From positions 66,221,781 to 66,285,780 of the forward strand of contig NC_090397.1 in NCBI RefSeq assembly GCF_036365525.1: a stretch of 64,000 nucleotides of DNA, read 5' to 3'. Each line of letters begins with the position of its first letter. The stretch's first letter is position 1. Below the pieces are notes generated by a model. The model made no database searches and was not told the origin of the DNA. It saw only the letters and a program-made list of their open reading frames with translations. The DNA is from Heterodontus francisci. Taxonomy: Eukaryota. This document shows positions 27,301 through 39,300 of the stretch, in pieces. Both the position numbers and the translations under genes were made by a program.

Positions 27301-30300
27301 TCCATCTACAGAAAAATGATTATAATTTAACTGTGATAAGTTAGCAAACTAAGTGAGTGAAAAAATATTTTCCTGCCATGATAGAAAAATCTATGACAAA
27401 TTATTAGTTGTTGTTGATGCCAATTTAATATTCATAAATTGTACCTTTGTTTTCCACATCTTGGTACATTACAATATTGGCAAGAACTATAATCAATTTC
27501 AACTTACTTCATGGGTTTTTTTTTTGATCCATTATGTTTTTCAAATAGTTTTCCAGAATATTTAACATCCAGCATAGGGACAGGAGTAGAGAGAATTGGC
27601 CATTGGAGTTACTGAGCTTGTGATTGTGGCAACATCGGAACTACACAATCATTCAAACACCCTTGAGAATATATCTGCTGATAGTGTTACAGCTTGCTCA
27701 CTGTCAGGCCCAATAAGCCTTCCAAGCCAGTTCCTTGTTGGCAGCATCAATACTCAGTTTAAAAATAAATCAAATAAGCTAATTATGAATAAACGAATTT
27801 GCTTCTTTTTAAAACAAATCATAAACCCTTTCCATGAACACAATTACTTCTTCAATCCACTGGTTACAGTTTCTGAGGGGCCAGGAATCCCTTGCTCCAG
27901 ACTTCCCTTTCTCTCACCGATTGGAATTCCTCTTCCCGAGTCTTACCTCCATGATGGGCACTAACCCTGTGGGTTCCCGGATGCCGGCTGAATTCCTTCT
28001 GCTGCTCACCAGCCAGGCAATGATTCCTGCCAGGTTTGGGCTGGAGTCCCATCCTTACAGTGAAGATGAGACCCGGGAATTAAAATCTCACCAGGCCTTG
28101 GAATGCAAGCTTGGCGCTCGCCCCAGCCCTCTACGCAAACCAAAACCACCCCGAGTTAAAGTCAAGGCCTATATCTCACAATTATTTCCTTTGCCAAATA
28201 TCTACCCAGATAAGTGAACAAATTAAAATAAAACACATCTGTTTAGAACTGGTAGCTCTTTCAGAAAGCCTGCCCAGGTACAATGGGCCAAATGGTTACT
28301 TTCTGTTCTGTGAAACTCTGTGGTTCTATGATGGTAGTTTTGTTCAAAATTCTACTTTGCTTCCCAGTTACCAATATAAATGATGCCATTGAGACTGGAT
28401 CCAAATTGCTGAAAGATTACATAGCTCAGCAGGACAAGACTGTGCGGACAGTATCATTAATCATCTTCGTGACAGATGGGCGCCCAACAATCGCCGAAGT
28501 TCAACCTCACAAAATCCTAAACAATACAAGAAATGCCATTGAAAACAAGTTCTGCCTCTTCAGTTTGGGAATAGGAAGAGATGTGGATTACAAGCTTCTC
28601 GAGCGAATGTCATTGGAAAACTGTGGAGTAATGCGGAGGATCTATGAAGACGAGGATGCCAGCGCCCAACTGAAAGGTTTCTATGATGAAATTGGGACTC
28701 CACTCCTCTCGGACATTCGTGTGGATTATTCTGAAGATGCGGTGGAGTACGTAACACAGAATTTCTTCACAAACTACTTCAATGGATCAGAACTCGTGAT
28801 CGCTGGGAAGCTGGCAAACAATACTGTCAACAATTTGCATGTCCAAGTTTCGGCAAGCACGAGTGACAAACACCTCATGCTGGAGACAGATGTGATTATC
28901 AATGATACCAAGAAAAGTTCAAACAGATCTAACGATGCCAAGTTAATCCAGAGGGCATGGGGCTACTTAACCATAAGAGAACTACTGAAATCAAGACTAA
29001 AGAGTGGCAGTAGCAAAGTGAAGGAAATTCTTTCAGAAAGAGCAAGAAATCTTTCATTGGAATACCATTTTGTCACACCCCTCACTTCACTGAGTGTGAG
29101 GAGCTCAGATGAACAGACCAGCAGATCCACAGAGAATGTGATGAATGCTTCTGAGGTGAAAGATGAGAGAGCACAGAGTTTACACAGAACAATCAAACCA
29201 GGTAAAGTAGATTTATATGATGAATGCAGCTGTTAGCTGGTAACTTACTAAATTCCTTTTTGCCCTACTAATCGGCCAAATATTTTGTCTCTAAGAGGTT
29301 TATCATTTTTGATTCTTTTTTAAAATGGAATTTGGAATACTTTCCCATTTTAGTCCCTTGATGCCAGCATTGGTCACTTCTGGACCACCAGAACACAGCC
29401 AATTGAACACTGAAGCCCCTTTATTTCGCCTTAATGTTGGGGGAAGGCATTTGCTGTGCATTGTGTGTAATAAAATTGTAAACCCATTTATAAAAGCTGC
29501 CTTTACAATTTGTTACCCATAATGTGCCCAGGAAATCTTCCCCTTCAATGGGGCTTAACCCCAATCCCAAAAGAACCCGCCCCTACGATAACTGTGTGAA
29601 ATTTCCAATTCCCACAAGTGCATTCTTGTGGTCCCTCTGAATTAAATTATCAATTAATAATAAATTAGTGCCAAATTTAGTGCAGCGTACCTTGTAAAAA
29701 TTGCTGAATCATAAATATTAATCAGCAAAATATGTTGATTATTAGTTTGATCTATTCCCCGAGTCATTTGAAGTTCATTCAGCTTTTCTGTTCTAAAACA
29801 CAATGTTCTGATTGGCTGAAAACTGTCTAAATAATTAAAAGACGTGTGCCTGGTATGAGTCCATGATGTAAATCTGCCAATGGCTTCTTAACTAAAAGAC
29901 CCTATACGACCAAGTATCACTCCTCAAAAATGTCTGTGGGGCAGCGCATTGGATTGACTGAAATGACACAATGTGCAAAGTTACCGTGCCAAAAGGTTCA
30001 AAAATTCCATAAATGCAAAATACCAATCAAAAAAAAAATCAATCAACAAACGGTTTTGGCTTCCAGCCAGGTAGGAAAAGCTCCCAATCAAAAACCAGCA
30101 ATCACTTCAAAACTAACCAATCAAATTACTCAATTCGCAAATCAGTATATAGCACAAAACTGACCAATCCAATTACTCAATTTACTTCATGTTGACCACT
30201 TAGTTTTCTCATATATCCCACCACAGATGCTGAAAATTGAATCAATACTGTAATAAATATATTAAAATGACATAATTCTAAAAAAAACCCTTAACCCATA

Positions 30301-33300
30301 AAAGGTAGCCACTTTATATGAGAAGAAATCATCCCTATACTGGCTTGTTTCTCGCTCTCTACAATATTGACTTTTATGCTCTCTTCACAAAACTTGGATT
30401 AACCATGGTGGCGCAGTGGTTAGCACCGCAGCCTCACAGTTCCAGCGACCCGGGTTCAAATCTGGGTACTACCTGTGTGGAGTTTGCAAGTTCTCCCTGT
30501 GTCTGCGTGGGTTTCCTCTGGGTGCTCTGGTTTCCTACCACATGCCAAAAGACTTGCAGGTTGATAGGTAAATTGGCCATTATAAATTGCCCCTAGTATA
30601 GGTAGGTGGTAGGGAAATATGAGGAAAGGTGGGGATAGGGAGTTAGTGTAGGATTAGTATAAATGGGTGGTTGATGGTCGGCACAGACTCGGTGGGCCGA
30701 AGGGCCTGTTTCAGTGCTGTATCTCTAAAATAAATAAAAAATTAACCAATTGGGGCAAGGACTTCCAGATTCCATTGACAAAATCTGTGTGTACAAGAGA
30801 AATGCATCATTCCAGTTATTTTTTTAATTTTAATGTTTTATTTTATTTATAGTTATAGTCTTCATCGATCGTTTGTGTAACTACAATAACCAGAGCACAC
30901 CATCACAACTGATGTCATATGATAATTAGCCAGAAAGGGTTCCTTCAACAGAAGATCAGTGCAAACCCCTGAAAAATAGCATAAGTGGCTGTGTCTATCA
31001 TTTTTCCATTGATTCCACTGATCTTCCATGAAAGTTACAGAGGGAGATCAGGAAAACCCTTACAGAAACTACTGGCACGAAATGCCTCGGAGATTCAGTA
31101 CTTAAAGTGTTCAACATCAATTACATGTATGCTAACATTTTAAGTATCCATCAAAAAACGTATTCCAGTTAATTGTCAGATGTTATTAGGGCAGAATTAA
31201 GTTCAAAAATTGCTTTAACACTGACATTTCTTTGTCTAGACAGCACCTCCTTAAGAAAGAGAAAGAAAACTATAGTGGTTTCAAAAACATCAGGTGAGTG
31301 CTTCAGCTTTGAATCTCTTCACTAAAGACCCTATAACTAGTTATTTTGAGCCACTGCTTCAAGTCTTAGCACAGAAATTACAGTGTCCGGCACACTATTG
31401 CATCAGACTGCTAATTACCCAGGGTTCGCCTGTTTAAATTCAACTTGAAGACCATTTCAGGGCTTTCTAACGAGGACAGACCTGCTACTATATAATTGAT
31501 TGACTGTATAGAATTGTTAAGATCTGAAAAAGATCCTTTCCACTCAGAGAAATAATTCTTGTTCCAGCAAATAATAGTTGATGATGTAAATCCTGAAATT
31601 ATTCTGTGTATACATTAACATTGGAATATTTATTAGATTCTTGTGAAATTCCTTTGCTCACTATTTAAATTTTTTTTATTCGTTCATGGGATGTGGGCAT
31701 CACTGGCTCGGCCAACATTTATTGCCCATCCTTATGATTGTATGACTTGAGAAGGTGGTGGTGAGCTGCTTTCTTGAACTGCTGCAGTCCTTGGGGTGTA
31801 GGTACACCAACAGTGCTGTTAGGAAAGGTGTTCCAAGATTTTGACCCACCGACAGTGAAGGAGCAGCAATATAGTTCCACGTCAGGATAGTGTGTGACTT
31901 GGAGGGAAACTTACAGGTGGTGGTGTTCCTAGGCATTTGCTGCCCTTGTCCTTCTCGGTGGTGGAGGTCGCGGGTTTGGAAGCAATACCCGTTAGAATAA
32001 AATACTGTACAAGCTGACATCTCCATTAAAGCACTGGACGGAACACTTTTACATAAATGCATTGATACACTTAAAAAAGTGGCCTGCTTATTTGATAGTC
32101 AATATCTGTTGTACAAGATGGCATTTGAGAACTTTAGCCAGATTTTTTTTAGTATCATTTGGTATAATATATATTTTTTTACACTTGTGCCAAATTATTT
32201 TTGGCATGGGATGGTGGGGGTGGGGGCTGGGTGTTGATGGGTGTTGATGTGAATAACAACAGCGGAACTGAAAGTGTGGCTTCAGATATCGTCAGCTGGA
32301 GACAGTTGAAAATTGAAGCATCCCAGGCACTGAAGCTAGTCTGAAAAATGTGGCATTTTAGTTTTGCCTTGGAGGGAGGGGAAACACAATGGGGTTGGAA
32401 ACTGAAACATTATTTGTGATGTCAGGGCATTCCTCTAAAGGCAAGGGGCAGCTGCGTGGGTGGCAAGCTTCCATTCCCTTTGAAAGAGAGAGGGGAGATT
32501 GAAGGAAAATATTTGAAGTCAAAACTACTAAAGAGGCAAGTGAATTGATATGCAGCATAATATTATCAGTTTATTTGATATAGTCTAGGGAACTTCTTGC
32601 ATGTCTTTGCTAAGTCATTCTTCAGCTGGCTCTTAGAGGGTGTGTGAGTGACTCTGTGTGACTTTCCACATTGATCTCTGCTTTAGTCCTGACCTTTGGC
32701 AGGTCCCCAAAGGCTTCCCAGATGACATGTTCACTGAATGAAGAACTACAGCAGTAAACCTGCATGCTGCCTCACTAGTCAGTGAGCTGGGGTGACAGCA
32801 TGTTATTCCAAGACCCAGTCTTACATTATTAGTTTGTTTTCATCCCCTATCATTTTACACTTGATCCCCTCTGTCTCAATGACATGGATGGGAGCTGCCC
32901 TCCATTCCCTGGGATGACCTGCCTTACATTGAATTTGTTTCAGATCTATCTGTGGTACAAGTAATATTCTAAATATAGCCGCATGTGATCATAAAAGCTC
33001 TAGTATGCTTTAAAAAAATGTTCTTTTTACATCAGAGTCTTGTTTTCATTTGAGAAACCTAGAGGAAGGTCATAAGGCTAGACAGCACCAAAGGTCAGAA
33101 AAACAGGCAAGAAGATTAATCAGCCACACTGAAGCTGGATTGTAAAAACTCTTTAGATTATAGAAACAAGGGATAACTGAGGGAAGTTAAAATGACTCCC
33201 CATTTATTTTTCCAATTCTTGTAAAACGTGTTCCCTTTCCCAGAAGGCCATTCCTCTCTTCAGATCATTGGGTAAGCAGCAACATTGTACAATTCCACTT

Positions 33301-36300
33301 GTACCAACCAAAGAACAGGACATTGTTCGGACCAACATTCCTATCTCATTAACACCTCCAAAAGCAAAGACAATAGCCGTTCATCTTGTTGGTACTTGTA
33401 GGATCTAGTTACAAAATGGCTCTCACATTTTTCTACATTACAATAGTCTCATTGGGTTGAAATTTTGCTGTTTGAATCAGGAGCCCAATATCGGGCTCAT
33501 TTCTGGGTCGTAAACCCAGACATGTGAATGGTAGGACATCAGGTATGAAATTCCCATAGGAGGCCAATTAAGAAGCCGCCTCCAGGACCATCATCGGGGA
33601 TGAGGGAGGGCCAATCAGAGCACCTGAAGCAAAGGGTGGCCGGCAGATCCACCATGAATGCTGTGTGCTGCTGAGGTGAATGGTGAAGGAGAGGGCGGCA
33701 GAATATGGAGGTGCCACACTGCTGATGGGACCCAGCAGTCAATTCCTCATACCCAGCAGTGAATCCATCTGAAGGTGACAAGCAAACAATTGCAAGCATT
33801 TGCCTGTGGATGTCCTGCCAATTTTGTCCTTTAAAGTGGCCGTTGCATATAGATCTAATGGTGCTCTGACCTCCCACTCTGCTCTCTCGCCTTGTGAGTA
33901 GACGAGCTGCAGACACAGCATGGGTCCCATGCGCCCCCAGCAAAATTCCACAGTCTTCCAAAAATGCCTGCTAATTGTCTCCATAATTACTTTAATTGAC
34001 TTCCTGCCACTGACGGGTGTGTTGTTGTCATGCGCGGATCTTGCCCCAGGAAAAGTGGGAGAAGGAGGGAACTTTTAAAAAAAATTCTTTTATGGGATGT
34101 GGGTGTCGCTGGCAAGGCCAACGTTCGTTGCCCATCTGTAATTGCCCTTGAAACTGAGTGGCTTGCGAGGCCATTTCAGAGGGCAATTAAGAGTCAACCA
34201 CATTGCTGTGGGTCTGGAGTCATATGTAGGCCAGACCAGGTAAGGACGGCAGATTTCCTTCCCTAAAGGACATTAGTGAACCAAATGGGTATGTCGGGAT
34301 ATCTGGCCTCAGAAAATTCCCCCCAGTACCTCATTGTATGCAATTTTGAGGTATTTCTGGTAGATGTGTTCAGATTCTTGTCTTCCTTTTTTAAAAGTTA
34401 AGAGGTGATAAATAATAATCAACAACTGCAAACAAATTAACTGAATGTACTCTTGCTTCAAACTTGTTTATGGGGTGTTGATTAATTTAATACCACCTGT
34501 ATGAATTGTAGTGTTTGTTTCTTATCCAGCTGATGGGGATCCTCATTTTGTTGCTGATTTCCCCTTGAGCAATCTCTCCGTATGTTTTAACATAGATGGT
34601 GAGCCAGGTAACATACTCAGACTGGTGTCTGATCATGAGAGTTCAGGTAGGTAACAAACTGGAACATTTTTAAAAGCTCGATTGCTTTTTGCTCATTGAG
34701 GTTAGAATCATAGAATGATACAGCACAGAAGGAGGCCATTCGGCCCATTGCGCCTGTGCTGGCTCTTTGGCAGAGTTATCCAATTAATCTCACTCCTCTG
34801 CTCTTTCCCCATGCCTCTATAAATTATTTTCCTTTCACGTATTTATTCAAATTTCTTGTGAATGTTACTGTTGAATCTGATTCGACCACCCTTTCAGGCA
34901 GCGCCTTCCAGATTACAACAATGCACTATGTAAAAATATGTTTTCTCATGTCACCTCAGGATTTTTTTGCCAATTACCTTAAACCTGTGCTCTCTGGTTA
35001 CCGACCCTCCTGCCAAGAAACTGTTTACCCTTATTTACTCCATCAATACCATTCATGATTTTGAACACCTCTATCAAATCTCCTCTTAACCTTCTCTGGT
35101 ACAAGGAAAACAACCCCAGCTTCTGCACTCTCTCCAGATAACTCAAGTCTCTCATCCCTGACGAGGCCCTAAAAATTTACCTCCTTTCCTGGGCCGTCCT
35201 TCCTGTTGCCTCCGGTGGCTGGGTTGTAGTCCCAGCGGTGGCCACCCCTCCTGGTGGCGCTGCTGGGACTAAGAGCTGCCGGCTGTCGATTGGCCGGCAG
35301 CTCCAATAGGCGGTAATTCGTGCCTCAAAGATGTGGAAGTCCCACCCAAGACCAATCAAGGGCCTGGGGAGCAAAAAATCCTGACTTGGCTTCCCAGGCC
35401 TGGTGGAGGCGGGCTCGCCACCGATTTTACGGCCGGTGGGCGGGGCCTCCCGCCCAATGTAAAATTCCGGCCATTGTATTTGTTCATGTGACAGAGAAAA
35501 AACAATAACTTATATTTATAGAGCATCTTTAATGTAAGAAAAAGCCCCAAGGTGCTTCACTAGAGCATTATAAAAGAAAGTATTACACTGAGCACATAAG
35601 GAGATATTAGGTTAGATGACCAAAAGGTTGATCAAAGAGGTGGGTTTTAAGGAGTGTCTTGAATGAGAAAAGCAAGTTGATGAGGTGGAGATATGTAGGG
35701 AGGGTGTTCCATAGCTTGGGGCCTAGTCAACTGAAGGTGTGGTCACCAGTGATGGAGCAATTAAAATCAGGAATGCTCAAGAGGTCAGAATTAGAGGAAC
35801 TCAGATTTCCTGGAAGGTTGTGGGGCTGGACGAAATTACAGAGAGAGGAAGGGGCAAAGCCATGGAGAGATTTGAAAACATAGATGAGATTTTAAAGTCA
35901 AGAGGTTGCTTGACCGGGAGCCAGTGTAGGTGAGTGAGTACAGGGGTTATAGGGGAACAGGACTTGGTGAGAGTTAAGACATGGGCAGCAGAGTTTTGGA
36001 TGACCTCAAGTTTATGGAGATTAGGATGTGGGAGACCAGCCAGGAGTGCTTTGGAATAGTCAAGTTTAGAGGTAATGAAGGCATGAATGTGGTTTTCAGC
36101 AGCAGATGAGCTGAGACGGGGCAAAGTTGGGCGATGTTATAGAAGTGGAAACAGGCGGTCTTAGTGATGGCACGATGATGAGGCTGGAAGCTCATCTCGG
36201 GCTCAACAGTGAAGTCTCATTTCTGTTGTAACAACATCACATACAAATTTTGTGACAAAAAGATGTAGTTCAATGTGAATTCCAGCACTATGTTGAGTGA

Positions 36301-39300
36301 CATTTTGGAGGAAGACCAGATTCCTTTAAATATATAGTCCCTGAATTTCTGTGGGATTCTCCTGATCTCCCTCTGAGAACAGTGGAACCCCAGAGAAATG
36401 GACTAAATAGAAAATTGGGACAACCACTGTGGAAACGCAGAGTCATAAACATTGAACTGTTCCCTCTAGATTTAAGAAGTGTCTCAGTAGTCTTCAGTAC
36501 TGTAGCTCCAAGCCTTAAAGTTGACTTATCAGGAAATACACTTGAGTTACATGGGAGTCCCCAACAATTTGAATAAGTTGGCCAAAGATCAGGGGTAATG
36601 AAGCAGAAATGCCTTTTGAAACTAGGATTCAAAGTGGATTTGCTAAATCAATCTGATGTTGTAGCTACTGGCCTCTCTGTGTGAAAAAAAATACATGTAT
36701 CCCTAAAATAATAACCCTTCAACACCTACACCTCTACCTCACTTTACTCCTGTAAGACACACCTTAAAACCTACCTCTTTGACTAAGCTGTTGGCCGTCT
36801 GACCTAATTTCTCCTTATGTGGCTCGGTGCCATATTTTGTTTTACAATGCTCCTGTGAAACACTTTGGGACATTTTATTACATTAAAGATGTTATATAAA
36901 TATAAGTCATTGTTGTTCACGTCCAACTGAAGGAATAAATGACATATTGTCTACTTTTTTTTTTGCTAAGTCACACTGATCGGTGATTTCAAAGGTGATT
37001 GTGATTTATATGAATTTTTTCAGCCTGGTAATGACTTTAATGTTGAGATATCGAATAATAATAATGGCTTCTGTTCCTGGCAGGAGTGACAGTAAATGGG
37101 CAGTTGATTGGAGCTCCAGCACCTCCCAATGGTCATAAGAAGCAGCGTACCTATTTCAGAGCCATTACTATCATTGTCAGTAAACCCTCCCGCTCCTATA
37201 TTGAAATCACACCTCACAAGGTCATCTTTGACAGCCGAGACAGGTTTATTTTATCGTGTGATAAAACCATAGAGGTAGAGAGCGAGGGCTTAGTGGTTTC
37301 CATAACTGCCAAATCTAAGGTCACCGTGACAATACAGGAGTACATCTCCTTTGTCATCCTGGTCCATCAGTATAAGAATCCTGCACCCTATCAGAGAGAT
37401 CACCTGGGATTCTACATTCTCAACAACAAGGGCCTCTCTTCCAGTGTTCATGGACTCTTAGGTAAGTAGCCTGTGCTTTTTAAATGCTATATTTTGGCAG
37501 TGTGTGTTGCAGTGATATTTTTATGAAATTTAACAACGTTTACAAAGTTTCTTAAACTATGCTATTAAAGGTTACATCACGCGTTGAGGATCTTAACAAA
37601 ACAATTTGGTATATTATGTGGCTATTGCAGCATTGTGATGTTATCATTGGACTAATAGAGGCTTGGATTAATAATCTGGAGACATGAGCTTAAATCCCTC
37701 GACGGCAGCTGGGAAATCTAAATTCAATTGATTAAATAAATCTGGAATCAAAAGCTAGAATCTGTAATGGTGAGCATGAAACTACTGGATTGTTGTAAAA
37801 CCCTATCTTGTTCACTCATGTCCTTTGTAGAAGGAAATTTGCTGTCCTTACCCAGTCTGGCCTATATGTGACTTCAGACCCATAGCAATATGGTTGACTC
37901 TTAGCTGTCATTGAAATGGCCTAACAAGCCACTGAGTTGTTTAGGAATGGGCAATAAATGCCAGTGATGCCCACATCCTGTGACAGAGTGCTACATATTG
38001 AGGGGTGGCAATGCCAGGGCCATTCCTTGGCAGAGGGTAGTTTAGGTTAAGCAGATTCAGGGAGTCAAGGTGGGTTTTGGACATGCTGGGGGAGTGCAGA
38101 GTTCCCTTTGTTTGTCATTAACCTGAGTCGCTATTTGGCAACTCAATTTGGTATTAAAGATCCATGCATTCAAGATCAAGGAGTTTTCCTGACATTTTGT
38201 CCAACAATACTTGCTGGCTTTTGTGTTTGCCTACATAGCAGTCAGTGCAATTTAAACTAATTTGTTGAATGTGAATCAATTTGAGATGTTCCCGAAATAA
38301 CTGTTGTATAAATGCAAGAGTTTCTTTATGAAATTGTCTAGCTCATGGGGCACTCAGAAGAGTTCCGATTGCATCATAGCTGGCTATAAAGCCATAATTA
38401 GCAAATAAAGATGAAACTGTCTTCTTTCAATTATAATTCAGCTGACCTACAGAGAACTAATATGCAATCCATTTTTTTTAGTAGCTTGCATTTTATTTAT
38501 TCAAAGGATGTAGGCATTGCTTCCATTTATTGCCCATCCCTAATTGCCCTTGAGAAGGTGGTGGTGAGCTGCCTTTATGAATACAGCTCAGTGACTTGGT
38601 TGACCATTTCAGAGGGCATTTAAGAGTCAGTCACATTGCTGTGGGTCTGGAGTCACATGTAGGCCAGACCAAGTAAGCACAGCAGATTTCCTTCTTTAAA
38701 AGACATTAGTGAACAAGTTTGGTTTTTGCCACAATCCAGTACTTTTGTGATTATCATTACTGACATTAGCATTCCACATCTAGAGGTATTTATTTACTTA
38801 AATTTATTTAGAGATACAGCACTGAAACAGGCCCTTCGGCCCACCGAGTCTGTGCCGACCAACAACCATCCATTTATACTAACCCTACAGCAATCCCATA
38901 TTTCCTACCACTTACCTACACTGGCGGCAATTTACAACAGCCAATTTACCTATCACCTGCAAGTCTTTGGCGGTGGGAGGAAACCGGAGCACCCGGCGAA
39001 AACCCACACGGTCACAGGGAGAACTTGCAAACTCCGCACAGGTAGTACCCAGAATCGAATCCGGATCCCTGGAGCTGTGAGGCTGCGGTGCTAACCACTG
39101 CGCCACTGTGCTGCCCAAATTCTTAGCTGTATTGGAACTTGTATCTCTAGATTACTAATCCAGTGACATAACCACTATGCTATCAAACCCCCTCCTTTAC
39201 AGAGTCCAGAATAAACTATTCTCATTCAGCTGCTGATGTAGACAGCAGCAGGAATAGTGCTAAGGAAACACTTAGGTGGGCCACATAAAAGGGACTACTA

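Noticed and set aside
28283-28367. N-terminal extension of the 317-aa ORF as a separate gene start
   Set aside because: Intronic read-through overlapping a CR1 tail remnant; homology begins at the acceptor at 28368.
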